Positions 13,231-26,299 of a DNA stretch of 64,000 nucleotides are shown piece after piece; position 1 is the first letter of the stretch; each line of letters opens with the position of its first letter. Made by a program: the position numbers and the translations under genes. Origin of the DNA: Takakia lepidozioides. Its lineage: Eukaryota; Plantae; Bryophyta. The notes below the pieces were generated by a model. The model saw only the letters and a list, made by a program, of their open reading frames with translations. It made no database searches and was not told the DNA's origin. The stretch spans positions 40,300,001 through 40,364,000 of the forward strand of contig CM060731.1 of the NCBI GenBank assembly GCA_030704615.1, written 5' to 3'.

Positions 13231-13909
13231 CACAAGAGATATCAGCCCCCTATCTTGGCTCCTTGGCTCCTTGATGCTCTCTAAGACAAGACTAAGCACT
13301 CCATAGCTTTGCCAAGCTCTGAAACCCTAAGGCTTACATTTCCAGCCACAGACACTTCTCTTGTGGTGCAAGAGCTCTTCTTCCAAGCTCTGAAACCCTA
13401 GGTGCACATTCCATGGCCTTGCCGCACCTCTTAGCTCCTGTTCCAGCCCTGCTCTCGCCATGACAAGAGCCCTCTTGCTGAAGCTCGAGATTGAAACCCA
13501 TCTCACCATACTCCACAAAGTGCACTGATTTGCCCCAAGCCAATCAGCCCTTTCGCTTGGTCTTGCAATCCTTCCACAATGACAGCTCGCATTCCAAGTC
13601 CAGTTCTCAGCTTTGCCACCAAAGCCACTATAACCTGCTCTTGACTGGTCCTCTTCCCAATCGTGCTTGCTCATGCATGTACACAATCTGAAACCATCAA
13701 GGTGCTCTGGAATTACCTACAGTATGGTGCTTTCATCTCTGAAGCTGAAGATCGAATGCCAAGGTTTACCACCTCGTAACCCACATCGCCTCCGCTTCTA
13801 ACAACCAAGAGCTCCACGGTGCTCCTTGCATAACAACTTGGTTTCTCTCATTCTCAAGCAAAAACCACAAGTGCTACAACTAACTCGTATCTAGCACTCA
13901 TAGATACGA

Positions 13910-13925
13910 GCTCATCTTTCTCGAG
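13910..13925 (-). promoter_or_regulatory. Putative self-priming PBS of element 1 (CTCGAGAAAGATGAGC)
   Basis: Directly follows ...TTATCA, the end of LTR segment B. Bases 13910-13926 are the exact reverse complement of 14090-14106. Confidence 0.8.
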
Positions 13926-14252
13926 TGATAAAGAAGAAGAATACAAGCACAAGCTCATGCGAGCTCACAAAGCTGAAGCATAAACTCAGGCATATATAAC
14001 CTCATCACTCAAATACAAGTCAAGCCAAGTGCACCCCACGCCATGGGGAATCCACACTACGGCGCCATAGCTAGGCGCGGTGAGGCTCAACTCGAGAAAG
14101 ATGAGCCTCCCGCGCTTGCCGTGAAGATAACCACTCCAGGGCCTAAATTTGCCTTGACCCCTGGATTGACACTTGGGCCAATCCCAAATGTCAATATGTA
14201 AAAGCTAGCTATTTCCTAGCTAGTTTCACACTAGTGGTAAAATAACTTAACA
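13926..14252 (-). repeat. LTR segment B of element 1 (PBS-proximal half)
   Basis: Bounded TG...CA. Shares the TGATAA start, AGGCTCAACTCGAGAAAGATGAGCC, GTGAAGATAA and the TAACTT(A/G)ACA end with 51555-51908. Confidence 0.85.
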
Positions 14253-14256
14253 ACAA

Positions 14257-16400
14257 GCGCTGAAGACTACTAAAGGTGCAGTGGTGACTTCATCGGTTGA
14301 CATTGTCAAAACCTTTGAAACTCACTCCAGTATCCTTAGGAGAACTTCTAGGTCTAACAGTGAGGGGTCTTCTGCTGAATGGAGGGACACAGTTGGAAAA
14401 ATTGTTCCTATGATTCAAAACAGCCCTGCTGAACTGGAGTATATTTCAATGGCTTATAATGCTCCCATTAGTTCTTCTGAGATTGTAGAAGCAATTGAAC
14501 ATATAAATGGATATAAAGCTGGTGGACCTGATGGTATTGTCAACGAGCTTATCAAGCACGGTGGCGATCCCATGATAGAGGCCCTAGTTCTCCTCTTTAA
14601 CCTTATCTGGAAGACTGAAATGATCCCCTTTCACTGGCGACAGGGGGTCATTGTCAATCTATACAAGAAGGGTGACAGAGAAGAACCAAGGAACTACCGT
14701 GGCATCACGCTCCTCAATGCTGTTGGCAAGACATTATGCAGAGTTATAAGTACTCGTCTCGAGGTTGATCTGGAGTCTAGAGGTTGTTTCCACGAAGGCC
14801 AAGCTGGCTTTCGGCGAAACAGGGGCTGTGTGGATCATATCTTCACTCTAAGCCAGATTATCCAGGGAAGGAAAAAAGAAGGGAAACCCACTTATGTCTT
14901 TTTCCTGGATGTCAAAAAGGCTTATGACACAGTGTGGAGAGATGGCCTATGGTTCCGCCTCTGGTCTTGTGGGATCAAGGGAAAGATGTGGAGAGTTGTC
15001 CACAACTTGTATGCTCACACCAAAAGTTGTGTCACTGTTAACGGACAAAAGTCCAACTTCTTTGACATAGACCAAGGTGTAGCTCAAGGATGTACTCTCT
15101 CCCCTCTGCTCTTCAATGTTTTCATCAATCAACTCCTCGAGGATGTGGAAAGTGAGGGATTTGGGTTAAGGGTGGGTGATACCACCATACCAGCCCTTAC
15201 GTTTGCGGATGACTTCGCAGGCATAGGGGAGACTCCAACCAATCTCCAAGAGTTGATTGATTGCGCGAAGAGATACTTTGATCTTTGGGGCTAGGGCCTA
15301 ATGTCAGCAAATGTGCAGTGGTAGCATTCAACGACAGAGGAGAGGGAGGAAGTGATCTTAAGTGGCAGTGGGGTAGCCAAGAGATCCCGGTCCTCCCTTC
15401 CTACACTTACATGGGCGTTGAGTTCTCCTCCAATTGTAATTGGGATGCACATATCCGGAAAGTTGTTCAAACTGGCAAGGGCAAAGCTCTGGGACTCACT
15501 AAATTTTTCCACTGCAAAAGGGTCAACTCTGAGGTTAAGAAAACCATGCTTTGTCGCGTTATTAGACTGCCTTGGAGTACGGATCTGCTATATGGGTTGA
15601 TAACTCCAACCAGGCTAAGTCTCTAGAATCCATTCAAGTGGGGTGCTTAAGGAGTGTATGTCAACATGCTCCAAAACAGCCAATGTGGCTGTTCAGGGTG
15701 AGTTTGGCATTCCGTCCTTAAGCTCTCGACGAGATGAATTCAAGGTCAGATGGTGGGGTCAGCTGCAACATATGCCCAACACCAGATATCCTAAGTTAAT
15801 CGACTCTATATCTTGGAAACAAGACCGCCCTGTCAAACCGGCTAGAGAGTAGAAGAGATCCTCAAGGACCTGGACCTGGATCCGCAAGTCTTGACCCTGC
15901 TGGATAAATCTGACTTAGAGGCTGTAGTGTCCTTAGCCATGTCTGTTGCCATGAGATTGTCTGATGAAAATGAAGTTAGGCAGAAAACTTCCCTGAACTT
16001 GTTTCCAGTCTGTGACGTGGGGGAGGACATCTTGGATGACCTCAAGGGTCTACCCACTCTCGGCACTAGACTGAAATTTAAACTCAGGGCAGGAAGCCTA
16101 CCTTTGAACAACAAACAGAAATAGAGAGGAAATGGAGAGTGCAATTGCCCGTTGTGTGGGCAATCTGAAGACAGTATTCATTTTCTGATACACTGTCCGG
16201 GGTTCTCTCACCAAAGAGACGCTCTCTTCAAATCTATTAAGGGAATTGTGCCTGTGCCCCTGTTTACCAACTTTGAAAGTTTCGAGGCTGAGCCAAAGCC
16301 CAGGCCCTCCATAGGCCTAGTTTTTGGGCAAATCAGATTGATGCTTGTGTGAAGGGATTTCTAGAGGATATCTGGAAAACCCGGATTAATTCTTTATATG
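14257..16400 (+). mobile_element. LINE (RTE/RTEX-like), 3' part: reverse transcriptase and C-terminal Cys/His motif
   Basis: GPDG, NYRGITLL, QAGFR, LDVKKAYD, GVAQGCTLSPLLF, FADD; CPLC...HFLIHC at ~16146-16197. Confidence 0.92.
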
Positions 16401-17499
16401 GAGGTAAGTCTTACTACCAACGTCAGCCCCTGACAGAGGTAGGTTCTGTCCCTTTTGTTCCCGCTCAAACTGGGCGCGGGGTCAATGGCCACAAGGCTGC
16501 GGCAAACAACGTCTTGTGAGTACAATATATACAGGGTTTAGCCACAAGTAAAAAGCTCAGAATTTTGTTTTGCTATCCACTTTTTTCCAGACGTAAACAT
16601 GATTTAGAGAAAGTTGTGCTAGCTCCCTGCATAGGTGTCGACTCACTATGGAGGTTTAATATTTTGCTAGGTCTGCAAGATGTCAGATGTGGCTTTGTTA
16701 TCACTTACTGATATTGACTTCAGCTTGTCATTGATGATAGGTGGAGAAGAAATTCAGAAAGGATGCATTGTTGAACTTGCTTGAGGAGGCCATGAAGTTG
16801 AATATCTTCTCAAACTTTTTCTTATCCTGCCGCCTGGCTCAAGTCCTATTTTTGACATCACTCTAGTTTGTGCAGGAAAACAGTCACAGAACAAAGAAAG
16901 AATTGGACATGGAGAAGCAGCTTGGAGAGGCAAAACAACTGCTGCAAAGGTTTGAGTGGTCAGTTTGTTTTCAGGATTTGGATGGCTGTTTTCGGGGAGA
17001 AAGTTCATTCAAATGCCCTCGCAGTGAGCTAAAGAAGGAGGGCATGTTTCATCCCTTGTAATCATACAAGTGTGTGCACTGATTGTGCAGCAAAAATCTG
17101 GCAAACAAGTGAAAGGTGTCCATTGTGCAATACCAGATCCACACAAAAACCAATCACAATTCACCTGTGAATTGCATACCCTCACCATGCAACAACCATT
17201 TTGGTGCAACCCAATCTCAAAACATCTTAGAGGCTCTCTTTAGTGTAGTCCATTTTTCTGTACATTCTTGCCCAAGAAAGATCAAGTTTTTCACATCCTG
17301 TAAGTAGCTCAATGTACATATCAATCAAAGCATCTGTCATATCTGAAGCAGTGTTACCAATTGGACTTGAGCCATCAAAGAGAAATGTTTACCTTGATGT
17401 CTCTTGACCTTTCTAAATCATCTCAGGTCTGCATCTTGATTATAAGACCTCCCAAGAGGTGTGCATAATTAGGTTTCCTCTACCACCTGTTCCACCAAG

Positions 17500-19900
17500 A
17501 GCAGGTGGTGTCTGAGAGACAAACAACGGCAGTAACTTGTCAAAGTCACTCCAAACCACCACAGATCCACCCAACGAGCTAACTTACAGAATTCCATATG
17601 CATATCAGGGCCGAGTCTGATGAGAGGGCAAAACAGGCAGAAATAGGTGGAAGAAGAAGGTGCCCTCACCACAGTGTCCTTGACCTTGTCTCATGACCCC
17701 CAAAGCTTCTCCTCATCTCTGTTATCTGTTTTTGGATACTTTCCTGCTGCCACATCGGCAGTAACTTGTCAAAGTAACTCCAAACCACCACAGATCCACC
17801 CACCGAGCTAACTTACAGAATTCAAGAAGGTATTTTGCTGCACGTTCTGCCACCTCCAGATTCCCATGAATTCTGCAGGCACCTAGCAAAGTCCCCCACA
17901 CTGTAGCAGCTGGTTCGCTTCGCATTTTCTTGAAGTCCTCTACCTCATCCACATGTCTTGCACGGCCTAGAAGGTCCACCATGCAGCCAAAATGTTGGTC
18001 TGTGGAAGTCAGGCCATGAGCTTGACTCATAGAATCAAAGTAATGACTGCCTTCATCTACTAGTCCCACATGGCTACATGCAGAGAGAACACATATAAAA
18101 GTGATACCATTTGGCTTCAACCCTTCCTGTTGCATTTGTTCCAATAGTTGCAGGGCCACCCTACCAACCCGTGCTGAGCATATCCTGCAATCATAGCACT
18201 CCATGAGACCACATCTTGTTCAACCATATTGTCAAACACTAGCCAGACATTCTTTATCTCCCCACATTTGGCATACATGTCAACAAGGGTATTTTCCAAA
18301 GTGACTGTTGGCTCAATTCCATCCTTGATAATGTCAGCATGGATTTCTGTGCCCTTTTCCAGGGCTGCTAGGCTGGCACAGGCGTTGAAAACAGAAACAT
18401 GCTTGGATGTCACGCCTTCCCATATCATTCGCTCATGTGTCTCCAAAGCCTCCCTACCACATCCATGCTGGACATATCCTGAAATCATTGCACTCCATGA
18501 GACCACATCTCGTTCGCCATATTTTCAAACACTTGACATGCATCTGTTAAGTTCCCGCACTTGGCATACATGTCAACAAGGGTATTCTGCAGAATGATGC
18601 CATATTTGATGATGGCAGCATGGATCTCTGTGCCCTTTTCAGGTCCACCAGGCTGGCACATGCATTGAGAACACACACAAACGTTACCTGGTTGGGCATA
18701 ACCCCTTTCTGTATCATTTGCTCATAGACCACATCCAAGCTGAGCATATCCTGCGATCATCCAAACTATCAATGGTTCACTCAACCAGCTAACTTGCAGA
18801 TTTCAACATGAAAATTTAGGGCCGATTCTGATAAGAGGGGAAAACAGGGTGAAATATGTTGAAGAAGGTGCCTGCATTAGCAGTGCCTCGTTCTATCAAT
18901 CGTGCCGCTGCCGCTGCTGTTTCGCACATCATTTGCTTATAGGTCTGCAAAGCCTCCATCCCGCACCCTTGCTGTGCATATCATGCAATTATCGCACTCC
19001 ACAACACCACATCTCGTTCAGCCATACTGTCGAACAGTCCCTTGGCATCCTTAATGCACCCACATTTGACATACATGTCCACCAGGGCAGTGTTCAGCAT
19101 GACACCGGGTACAATTCCAGATTTGACGATGCAAACATGGACCTCTTTGCACTTTTCCAGGCTGCCAGGCTTGCACACGCACTGCAAACGCACACAAACG
19201 TTATGTGGGCGGTTTCACCCATACATGTCCACGAGGGCAGTGTTCAGAATGACAGCTGGTACAATTCCAGCTCTGACGATGTCACCATGGACCTCTTTGC
19301 CCTCTTCCTGAGTTGCCAGGGCAGTGTTCAGAATGACGTTCGGTACAATTCCAGCATTGATGATGTCTCCATGCACCTCTTTGCCCTTTTCCAGCGCTGT
19401 CAGGCTTGCACAAGCATTGGAGATTCCTCCAGCAAATCGCTCAGGGTTGAATTCAAGGGCATCCTCACCCCACAGCTGTGGATCGTGATGCATTTGGACT
19501 TGGTTGGTGATAATAGTAAGTCCTTTTGGGATGAGCAGATTGCCCAACATTATATTCCACGTGATCAAATATCGTTGAAGCATTCTGTTGAACACTTGGT
19601 GAGCATCCATGATGCTCCCGCACTTAAGATACATGTTGACAAGGGTGTCGAGTAGAAAAACTTTTGGAGCGAATCCACTTTGGATAATGTGTGTGTGCAT
19701 CTGCTTTCCAGCTTCCAGACCTTCCATCTTGATGCACTTAAGCAAGAGACAGACATATGTATCTGAATCTGCTGAAATGCCTCCTTGGTTTAAAGTCTGT
19801 AGAGGCTCTGTCAGACTGCCTGCCGCACAAAGTATCTTCACATGCCCAGAAGTGCCATTCTCTACGATCCTAACGACTTCAAGCCCAACAGGGAACAAAC
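17500..19900 (-). pseudogene. Scrambled PLS-class PPR gene fragments (P/L/S motifs and E domain) with an embedded P450 patch
   Basis: NTLVDMYAKCG, DVVSWSAMIAGY, PNGITFICVLSACSHVGLVDEG, CMVDLLGRA, VWGTLLGACRIHGN; many frameshifts. Confidence 0.9.
19411..19550 (-). pseudogene. Cytochrome P450 (CYP72-clan-like) fragment in frame within the PPR ORF
   Basis: LGNLLIPKGLTIITNQVQMHHDPQLWGEDALEFNPERFAGGIS, containing the PERF/meander region. Confidence 0.85.
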
Positions 19901-22900
19901 CCTACAAAAATGCCACGGGCTTCCATTACCTGACCCTTCACTTTCAGATTAATGTGACCTCCCCCCTCCAAAGGCTTCTTCACCTCCTCGTTGTGAATTC
20001 TTCCTGCATTGTTGGTGCTATCCCTCCACCCCAGCCATGATTCCAGCAACCACACCTAGCGCACAAAGGCAGATGCGCACAGAGACACGCAAACACAAAC
20101 GAAGCGAGCGAGAAAGAAGCGGCAGCGCGCGCGCGCGAGTGACAAGTTCGGGCTCCGAAAACGTTGGCGCGGCAATTTTTATTGGCGTATTTCGGGCGGG
20201 CAATCCGGGCAGACTCGACAGAATTTGACGACGAAACGTGGCGACGATGACATGGCGACGAAAACGTGGCACTTTGGCACCCTATTCCTGCTCTATGCTA
20301 AAACTAGCTTCCGACCTTCTGTCGTCGCTAGAACTAGGGCTTCACGTTGCTTCGCACTACTAGTGACGAATTCTGAGAACAACATCCAGATAGATGGGCT
20401 ATATTCAAGTTTTATGAACATCATATTCAAATAAACGGAGAAAATGTGGTCAAAGGACCTTACACTCTGTCAAGCCTCCGATTGTTGTGGTGTGCTGAAT
20501 CATGCTCCCTAGTTTTCCCTTCCTCTTATGTTTTGCCAAGGCAAGAGAGCCCATTGCAATTTGAGGATTGTTTCTTTTTTTAATTTGACGGGTGTAATGA
20601 CTCTGGCTCGTTTTGATACAACAAGTAGATTTTGTTTATAAATATTTGTTATATGATATATTTTTCATCTTTATTTTCCTTGGTTTAGATTTCAAATCGT
20701 TTGGATTCTGATTTAATGTCACAGTTTCATGGTTGTTTTTTAATTTAATGCATATTTGTTCCGGCGTTCATCATTTATTGTCTTTTCCCTTAATTTTTTT
20801 TTTTGTCTTTATTTAAAGCATATGTTATCTGGATTCTGTCAGTCCGCATTAACATTTTGTTAACAACCATATATCCGAAGATATATTTTTGAAAAAACAT
20901 AGTTGTCTATATATAATTAGCTTGACAAAAATTATTGTTCTGAAAAAAATCTTTTGTCTTGATAAAGAATACTGATATTGATATTGATATTTCTCTTCAA
21001 ACTTGCAGGTAATTTGTTCTATGAGCTCTCCTTGTTGATTTTCTGAAAACAGTTCCTTTTGTTTTTCCTGATTTGATCATCATGTTTGGCTCTTTCCGGC
21101 CTTGGAACCATGAAGGTCATAAGTTCTCTTCTGATGCGTCTATTGCAATCCTGCTTGGATGCAATTTCCAGGCCCTGCGTATTTGTGGCAATAAGGAAGC
21201 AAACGGAGAGTCCATTGTGCTTAAAATTGTTGGAGACCCGGGCATACTAGGAGGGGTTGAGACCAGTGGGTTTGAGCCTGATAGATGTTTGAGGGTGTAT
21301 TAAAGATTTTAAGCTGGAAGATGAACCTCAGTTATTTATGCACATAGAAGTTGTGATGGTGTTGTACCTTTAGCCCCAAGCATTCCATGGAGGAAGAAAA
21401 AAAAATCATTACGTCCATAGGAACCTCGAAGAGCTTAGAAAAAAGATTTCCAATATCCCTGAAGAGGAATCTTGGGTAATCTCAAGAGCTTATTGAACAA
21501 GACCGCCTAACAATGAAAAGAAATGAAATGAAATGGTACTTTATAAGACAAAACTAGAGCCAAAAAGCAGCCCTAATGCAACTACTACTCAAGGGATTGC
21601 CCAAGGGTCAAGGCCTCGTGCAGGTAAGCTGCCAAGCATTTCTGACCCTCATAATGGAGACTTCAGTGAGAGATTGAGTGGATTCTCACACAGATCTCAT
21701 AATACGGAGGGCACTAAAAGAAGTGTTCTTCAGTTTCAATTTCTTGGTTGCACCTGGTGCAAGCTGGGCACAGGCAGTCTTCCCGTTGCAGGAAAAGAAA
21801 GAGAATTAAATGAAATGGAACTTATAACATCCGCAGAAAGCTCAAAGAGCTTATGGGACAAAATGGGGGAAAACAAAGAGATAGGCTCAACAAAACCAGA
21901 GCCACAAATCAGCCCAAAAACAACTATTGCTCCCTTCTCCTAGTTTGTCCCGATCAGGCATCAAATTTCGAACCAAAAAATATCACAACTGGTGGACTAC
22001 ACATTCAGCTGCATTTCCTTTTAAAATCTTCACTATCTCAGCCGTTCAAATTTAATGTAAGTATGGTCTAACACAACCTCGCTGCAGTGTCACACACAAC
22101 AAGGCATAACGAAGAGATGCATTACCGGGGGCTTCCTATAGGTGGCCAAATGATAAATAAACCCTACTAAATGACAAAAATTTAGGACACAAGTAGCATG
22201 GGGGACAGGCAGTATGAGAAAAGAAAAGACCAATACTAATGGCCAGCTTCTCACTGTGGTGGCAAAGAAAAAAATTCCATTTCCTCCTCCCCCACATCAT
22301 GCAATACAAAGCGCATGGCAGGCACCACTAGAAGCATTCGTGTCTTTTCCGAATCGACTACATGTCCAAAACCACTGAGGGAACAACTTTGAGAGGTTTG
22401 TTACTACTGCGCAGTCGTAACGGATAAATTCGCATTTCTAATGGCGGATAGAAGTTGCATCAATGACTCCGCAGTCGGCGCAATATTTGCGGCGATTTAA
22501 TTCAATTACGTAAATTGTTTTTTTTTTAAAACAGCAATTACAAGTGGTTTTAAGCACTACAGAACGACTCTTAACAACTAGGCATTCATTGCACACCCTA
22601 TTCAAAAATGGAATTTTTATAAGTGCTCCACATGGCTCATGACGTGGAATATTTTAATGTATTTTAGGGCTTGTGTGGCTCATAGAGATTGTTCTAATCG
22701 TCGGATGTAAAATGATCTAAGGGTGGAAGAGTAACTTTGTCCTTTGCCTGAATTTGTCTAAGTGTTGGGGGAGGGATGGAGGCTTGGGAGAGAGACGAAC
22801 AAGTGATGCGAGAAGGACGAAGACCAAATCGAGGCCCATGTCCTGTTGTTGCAAGCGTTTATGGTGTCAGGGGCGCAATATGTGCAAATGTGGGCTCTTG

Positions 22901-23129
22901 GCTCCCCTTTGTACCATGATTTGGTACTCTTCTTGATGATCACAATGCTCTTGGGGGAATCAGCTTGGTCTTAGAGCCCATATTTTAATCTTTGCCCGCT
23001 CAGCTGCACCGTGGTGGTTCTTACGGACCAATCCCACATTACCTGATTACAGATACAAGCAGCACGTACAAGAGGTCTTCTTGGGTTCATGGTCAGTCTA
23101 ATCCGCAATGGGTCATGACACAAGGTAGA

Positions 23130-24820
23130 GGACAATGTGGTGAGGGCACCTTCTTCTTCGACCTATTTCAGCCTGTTTTGTTGAGATGTAGTGTCGTGGA
23201 GTGCGATGCTTGCAGGATATGCACAGCAGGGATGTGGGATGGAGGCTTTGGAGACCTATGAAGTTGCGAAGGGAGAGTTTGATAACATGGCTGAACGAGA
23301 TGTTGTCTCATGGAACACGTGAATCTTGCAAGACATGGCCAGCATGTGTGCAGGATGAGGGCATTGGAGACATATGAGCAAATGTTGCGAGAAGGGGTGC
23401 AACCTGACTGGGTCACATTCATTTGTGTTTGCAATGCATATGCAAACCTAGCAGCCCTAGAGACTTGGAGACCTGGTAAAGGGCAAAGAGGTCCATCATG
23501 ACATCGTCAAAGCTGGAACTGTACCAGATGTAACAATACCTCGTCGACATGTATGCCAAACATGGGAGCATTCCCTTGTGGACAAAGAGTGTTCAACAAT
23601 ATGGTTGAGCGAATGTGTGTGTGGTGGAACGTGATGATCGCAGGACATGCACAACATGGGCGGGGATTGCGGGTTTTAGAGACCTATGAGCAAATGATGT
23701 GGGTCTAGGGGGTGAAGCCCGAGCACATTACGTTTGTTTGTGTTTGTAGTGCATATGCGAGCCTGCTGGAGAAGGGCAAAGAGGTCCATGGTTGCATCGT
23801 CAAAGCTGGAATTGTGGCAGATGTCATTCTGAACAATACCCTTGTGGACAGGATGAGCAAATGGTTTGGGAGGGGGTGAAGTCCGACCGTAAATTATGTT
23901 TGTTTGTGTTTGTAGTGCATGTGCGAGCCTGCTGGAGAAGGGCAAAAAGATCCATGGCTGCATCATCAAAGCTGGAATTGTGGCAGATTTCATTCTGAAC
24001 AATACTCTTGTGGAGATGTATGCCAAGCTCAAAGAGGAATTGGAGACATATGAGCAAATGTTACGGGAAGGAGTGCAGCCTGGCCGGGTCGAGGCGGCAA
24101 AGAGGTCCATGGTGACATCGTCAAAGCTGGAATTGTACCATATGTCATTCTGAATAGTACCCTTACATAGATATGTATGCCAAATGTGGGTGCATCAAAT
24201 ATGCAAAGGGAGTGTTCAACAATATGGCTGAACGAAATGTGGTATGATCATGGAGCCCATGATTGCAGGATATGTACAGTGGGATGGAGTCCTTGAAGAC
24301 CTCTAAGCAAATGGTGCATGAATTAAGGTGTGTTTAGCCCATTGACCACATCAGGTTTCTTTGTGTTTGCAATGCGCATTATATGTGCAAGCTTGGCAGC
24401 CCTAGAAAAGGACAATTATAAGGTCCATGGTGACATTATAAAGGGGTGTTCGCTGAGATCATGAGATCAGGTCTTTGATCTTGTCATAGATTGAAAAAAG
24501 TCTAGGGTAGTTTATGTCTAACCTCATTTTCAAGGACAGTCTTTGGGCACCAAACCTCTACAGTTTTGGACACAACCCCCTCTAGGTCTACTCCCATTAC
24601 GAGGATCAGAAATGCTTGGGGGCTTACATGCATGGAGCTGCGATGCTTAGACATCGGGCAATTACATTCTCCTTTGCTCTTTGCATCTGTTTACTGGTTC
24701 ATGGTGACATAGTCAAAGCTGGAAATGTACTAGATGTCAGCCTGAACACTGCCCTGAAGCCTAACCTGGAGTTAATGCCAATGTGGCAGCAGGAATTATC
24801 CAAAACCAGATAACGTAGAT
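23130..24820 (+). pseudogene. Degenerate PLS-class PPR fragments
   Basis: ALETYEQM, PDWVTFICVCNA, EKGKKIHGCIIKAGI, LNNTLVEMYAK. Confidence 0.85.
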
Positions 24821-25839
24821 GTGGAGAAACTCATTGGTGAATCTATGGTGGTTTTGTAGTGATTTTGATATGTTACTGTAGGCAGGGTTGGGGTGTTTCA
24901 TCGAAGAACTTCACGCCGTCAGTGTCAGCTGCTTCAGCTGCTAGCATCAAGGCTGAAGATGTATTCATTGTTTGTACACAGGCATGGATAGCTGAAGGAC
25001 GAGGGATAGAGTGTGGGTCCAGATTCATAAGAGGGCCGGATTTCAAGTGAAGAAACCGACATCCAGACAAAGAAGTTTAACACTTTGATAAGGTATGATC
25101 TGGACTGAATATGTTGTCTTAATGGCTGACGTGAGGCTTTTCACATATTCTCACCTCTTTGTCATGGTAGGCATGATGGTACATCCACAAGCTGTAGTGC
25201 CTTTGGATGAGAAGCAGTCCCCTCACAAAGTATACCGCTCGTTTTCTCAAGAGCATACCAATTCTTTGCCTGCCAGAATGCTACGCTATCCTTTTCACTC
25301 TGAAACAGAATCCACTTGTCATGTAGGGTTGGAGTAGCCCTGCCTGAGTTACCATCACACCCTCTCTTATTGTGTGGGCGACAACCTAAGATTACCATGA
25401 TTGATTATTTTCAAGATCTTCAGGAACACTCAATCAGCTGACATGATTGCTGTTAGCTGTGTCAAGTCGCAATCTCAAGCTTAGAATGGAACCTCAAGGC
25501 TGGCTTGGTAGAGCAGGGACTATTCCCCTTTGGGTGCTTATTACATGTATTCTTACCTCTGAGTTGGCAATTTTGTGCAACAGGCCTGATGGACTGGAGA
25601 AGGCTTATGTAAGGCTGACAACTAATTATGATGCGTTGGATATGGCAAACAAAGTGTGTATCATCTAGAATGGTTCTTGTTGTTTGGAACTGGGTTGGTT
25701 TGAGAGGTATTTTGTAAGTTTTGTAGTTTTGCAAAGTGCTTTTCATGAGTTTCATCCATAAACGTGTGTTAAAATGTCTGGCTTTAGAACAGTTATGTTT
25801 TGATAGCTTTCATAGTTATGTGCGAATGACTGCTAATGA

Positions 25840-26079
25840 AGGCACCTTCTTCAATTTCACCTTGTTTTCCCCCTCTATCAGAATCGCCCCTAATTATTCA
25901 TGTTTGAATTCTGCAAGTTAGCTGGTTGAGTGAAGCTTTGATAGTTTGGAGTGACTTTGACATGATTCTGCCAATGTGACAGCAGGAAAGTATCAGAAAC
26001 AGGTAACACAGACGAGGAGAAGTTGTGGAATGAATACTTTTCTGACCCCAGTCAATGGTGGGACAATCGAGGCAAGAAG
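25840..26079 (+). pseudogene. Exon-like module ending in an OSB-type PDF motif (DEEKLWNEYFSDPSQWWDNRGKK, then GT)
   Basis: Translation of 26011-26079 followed by a GT donor. The upstream part recurs at 17520-17830(-), 18760-18870(-), 35910-35995 and 36222-36310. Confidence 0.6.
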
Positions 26080-26299
26080 GTGAATGTTTGTTGGATTATA
26101 GAGAGTAGCAGATGCAATTGAGCGTAGGAACTAGTGTGATAAGTTGAGTTGGGTGCTTCTTAGAACAAGTCTAGGCTGTCATCGTCAACTGCTAGCAACA
26201 AGGCAAGGTTGTATGCATGATTCGTGTGAGGCATGGATAGCTGAAGGAGCAGGGATAGGTGTGGGTGCAGATTCACCCAAGAGGGCCGGACTTGCGGCA

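Larger units (their letters stand above)
3635..14252 (-). mobile_element. Ty3/Gypsy element 1 (DNMT + PHD type) with permuted, non-redundant LTR halves; TSD ACAA
   Basis: Ends TGTCGT... and ...TTAACA. ACAA at 3631-3634 and 14253-14256. Removing the element restores the LINE ORF in frame. Domain order gag-PR-MT-RT-RH-IN-PHD. Confidence 0.93.
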
